A program made the translations under genes and the position numbers. A stretch of DNA of 63,163 bases, the filler included, from Rhabdomonas costata (Eukaryota), in the NCBI GenBank assembly GCA_019059605.1. It is 38 parts of 38 records of this genome, joined end to end, with 100 filler letters (N's around TTAATTAATTAA, not from the genome) between each part and the next. Parts side by side here need not be neighbours in the genome. Positions count along the whole stretch, not along the records: positions 59,937 to 61,500 come from JAHMHO010012973.1; positions 61,601 to 63,163 come from JAHMHO010012974.1; 36 more parts are not named here. One strand, written 5' to 3'. The notes under the pieces are model-generated. The model was not told where the DNA came from. It made no database searches and was given only the letters and a program-made list of their open reading frames with translations. Position 1 is the stretch's first letter, and every line of letters starts with the position of its first letter. This document shows positions 61,491-63,163 of the stretch, piece after piece.

Positions 61491-62046
61491 AACACCACAC
61501 NNNNNNNNNNNNNNNNNNNNNNNNNNNNNNNNNNNNNNNNNNNNTTAATTAATTAANNNNNNNNNNNNNNNNNNNNNNNNNNNNNNNNNNNNNNNNNNNN
61601 GGTTGTGTGGGTGGAGGGTGGAGGGTGGTACTACTGTATCTTGCATCTGGCATTATTGTGACGCTGGCGGACTTCTTCTGATCTCACAAGCCTTTTGAGG
61701 AAGAAGAATGATAAAAACACGATGTCTCTGTGGTTGCGACTGTGTGATGGGTCGTGTTATGCAAATAGCCGCGACTTCTTAAAGGTGAAGGGTGTGATAC
61801 CTGATATTCCTCTATAAATTTTTTTTTTGCTATTTTCACGAAACCTAAAAACCCCATTGGTCACAGTTTAGTTGAATAATTGCCAAAGGTTGTTTCTTAT
61901 AGGTGTAAAAAATAGGGAACCCTGATGATAGCTTTATGTTGTTCGACCGGTGAAAGGTAATTTTGCTCTTGGGAATCGTCTTTCCGTTGCGTTCACATTA
62001 TGAAAAGATGAAGAGGGCGGGGTTTGCAGGGAGGGCTTTCCTTGGC

Positions 62047-62210
62047 CTGAGCGGGCTCTAGTAGGGCCAGCGTGGTGTCCATACTGGAGCTGACCAGGGC
62101 GTCGTTCCAGTGCAGGTAAAGCAGGTCTGTCACGGCCTCGCGGTGCACCCCACCGCTCAGCAGCCGCCGCGGTACCAGCAGCCCCTGCTCCGTCCGAGAG
62201 ACGTCCCACA
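62047..62210 (-). CDS. WD40-repeat protein, internal exon
   Basis: After a CAG acceptor: VWDVSRTEQGLLVPRRLLSGGVHREAVTDLLYLHWNDALVSSSMDTTLALLEP, a WD..H...V..L......L.SSS.D.TL repeat. No GT donor was found at the expected 3' end. Confidence 0.75.
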
Positions 62211-63163
62211 CTGAGGCACAGACCACAAAGAGGGAGAGGGAGAGAGAGCGAGTGACTGGTTGCATGCGGAAGTGCACCCAACGCCCTTGGAAGTCTCTTG
62301 AGGGGTCGCCATGGTGAGCAGAGAGGGGGAAGAGCAGATTTCCGGCAAAGTGAGCTGTAATGGCGCATGTGCGACACCCTGTCACCCTGTCGGAGGGGCT
62401 GCATCTGTCCATCCCCATCCCTCAGCGCTCATCTCTCATCTCCCATCTCGCGCGCTAGTTAATGCGAGTTAGGGTGCTGATGCGTCGCCGAGCTGCGTGT
62501 GTCTTTCCATCGTTTTGTTGTTATACCCTTGCTGTGTCATCCTTCTTTATTCCTTCTTGCCTTTATACCTTTATACAGGGTACCCGGTATCTTGGTTGTT
62601 CGCACAACTGAAACCGAGCTTTGTACTCTTGCTGCAGGTTGTCGACCTGTCGATGTTGTGCAATTTGGCTTCTGGTGAAATTCTTCCCACCTACAATCGC
62701 AATTGTGTGTAAGTACGCCGCATCATTCACTGCTCCCTCACAAACGCAATGCGCCCATTCTTTGAGCACAATGCATCGAACTACCTTACCTCTTCTCTGG
62801 GTCGAGTTGCCTTCCCTCCTCAGGCAGTACAGTCTTCTGCGTGAGTGTGAGTGTGTGTGTGAGTGAGTGAGTCTCGAGAGAAGGGCGAGATGACACCCCT
62901 GAATGACGGTTCTGGCATGTTTGTACACGGCTAATGTGGCGTTTTCTTCGCCTCGGAACCGGGATTTGCGCCCAATTCCCGATGGAATTCTTCCTTCGCC
63001 ATCCTTCAAGCGTGTGTATCGGGTCTTCCGAAGCACGTGCGCTCGCTTGAGCACACGCATCTGTCTGCGTGCAGACCTCCCACGGCTCCGCTGGTGTCCC
63101 CAGTGAAGAGCTTCTTGCGCTTCTCGTTCCAGCACATCACCACCACCCCCAAACACACCAACA

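Noticed and set aside
1566..61600. Regularly spaced identical TTAATTAATTAA repeats as a CRISPR-like or tandem array
   Set aside because: They are always embedded in exactly 44+44 Ns and put stops in all six frames; this is an assembly linker.
1..63163. The ~1.56-kb units as nanochromosomes or minicircles with G/T telomeres
   Set aside because: The end runs have no fixed repeat unit, genes are cut mid-exon or mid-intron, and the uniform length is explained by size sorting.
1..63163. An alternative genetic code
   Set aside because: Confidently identified exons have no in-frame stops under the standard code; stops occur only in decayed mobile elements.

Overview
This window is not contiguous DNA. 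It is a pseudo-scaffold of 38 unrelated contigs of near-identical length (1561-1580 bp), joined by 37 artificial 100-bp linkers (N44-TTAATTAATTAA-N44). Most contigs start with a G/T-only run and end with an A/C-only run, and six have terminal fold-back inverted repeats. Together these point to degenerate-primer whole-genome amplification (WGA) of few cells. The DNA is from an intron-rich microbial eukaryote: short GC-rich exons, GT-AG introns, (CA)n microsatellites. Cache/HAMP/cyclase-like receptor fragments suggest a euglenozoan-like protist (inference only). Spliced fragments recognised by eye include ThiD, argininosuccinate lyase, an ArgE/DapE-like M20 peptidase, sulfide:quinone oxidoreductase, a MAPK-like kinase, Vps45, CLEC16A/FPL, an F5/8-type domain, a Sen54-like subunit, WD40 and TRP-C-like membrane proteins. 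Mobile or foreign DNA includes a decayed Ty3/Gypsy RT, a probable Penelope-like RT remnant, a bacterial IS3 transposase end with a downstream hairpin, two dispersed repeat families, and an AT-rich intronless virus-like contig with a perfect 31-bp palindrome. Gene neighbourhood across linkers has no biological meaning. No rRNA, tRNA or CRISPR array was recognised, and no complete novel system can be demonstrated from these fragments. All family assignments are from remembered motifs; no searches were run.
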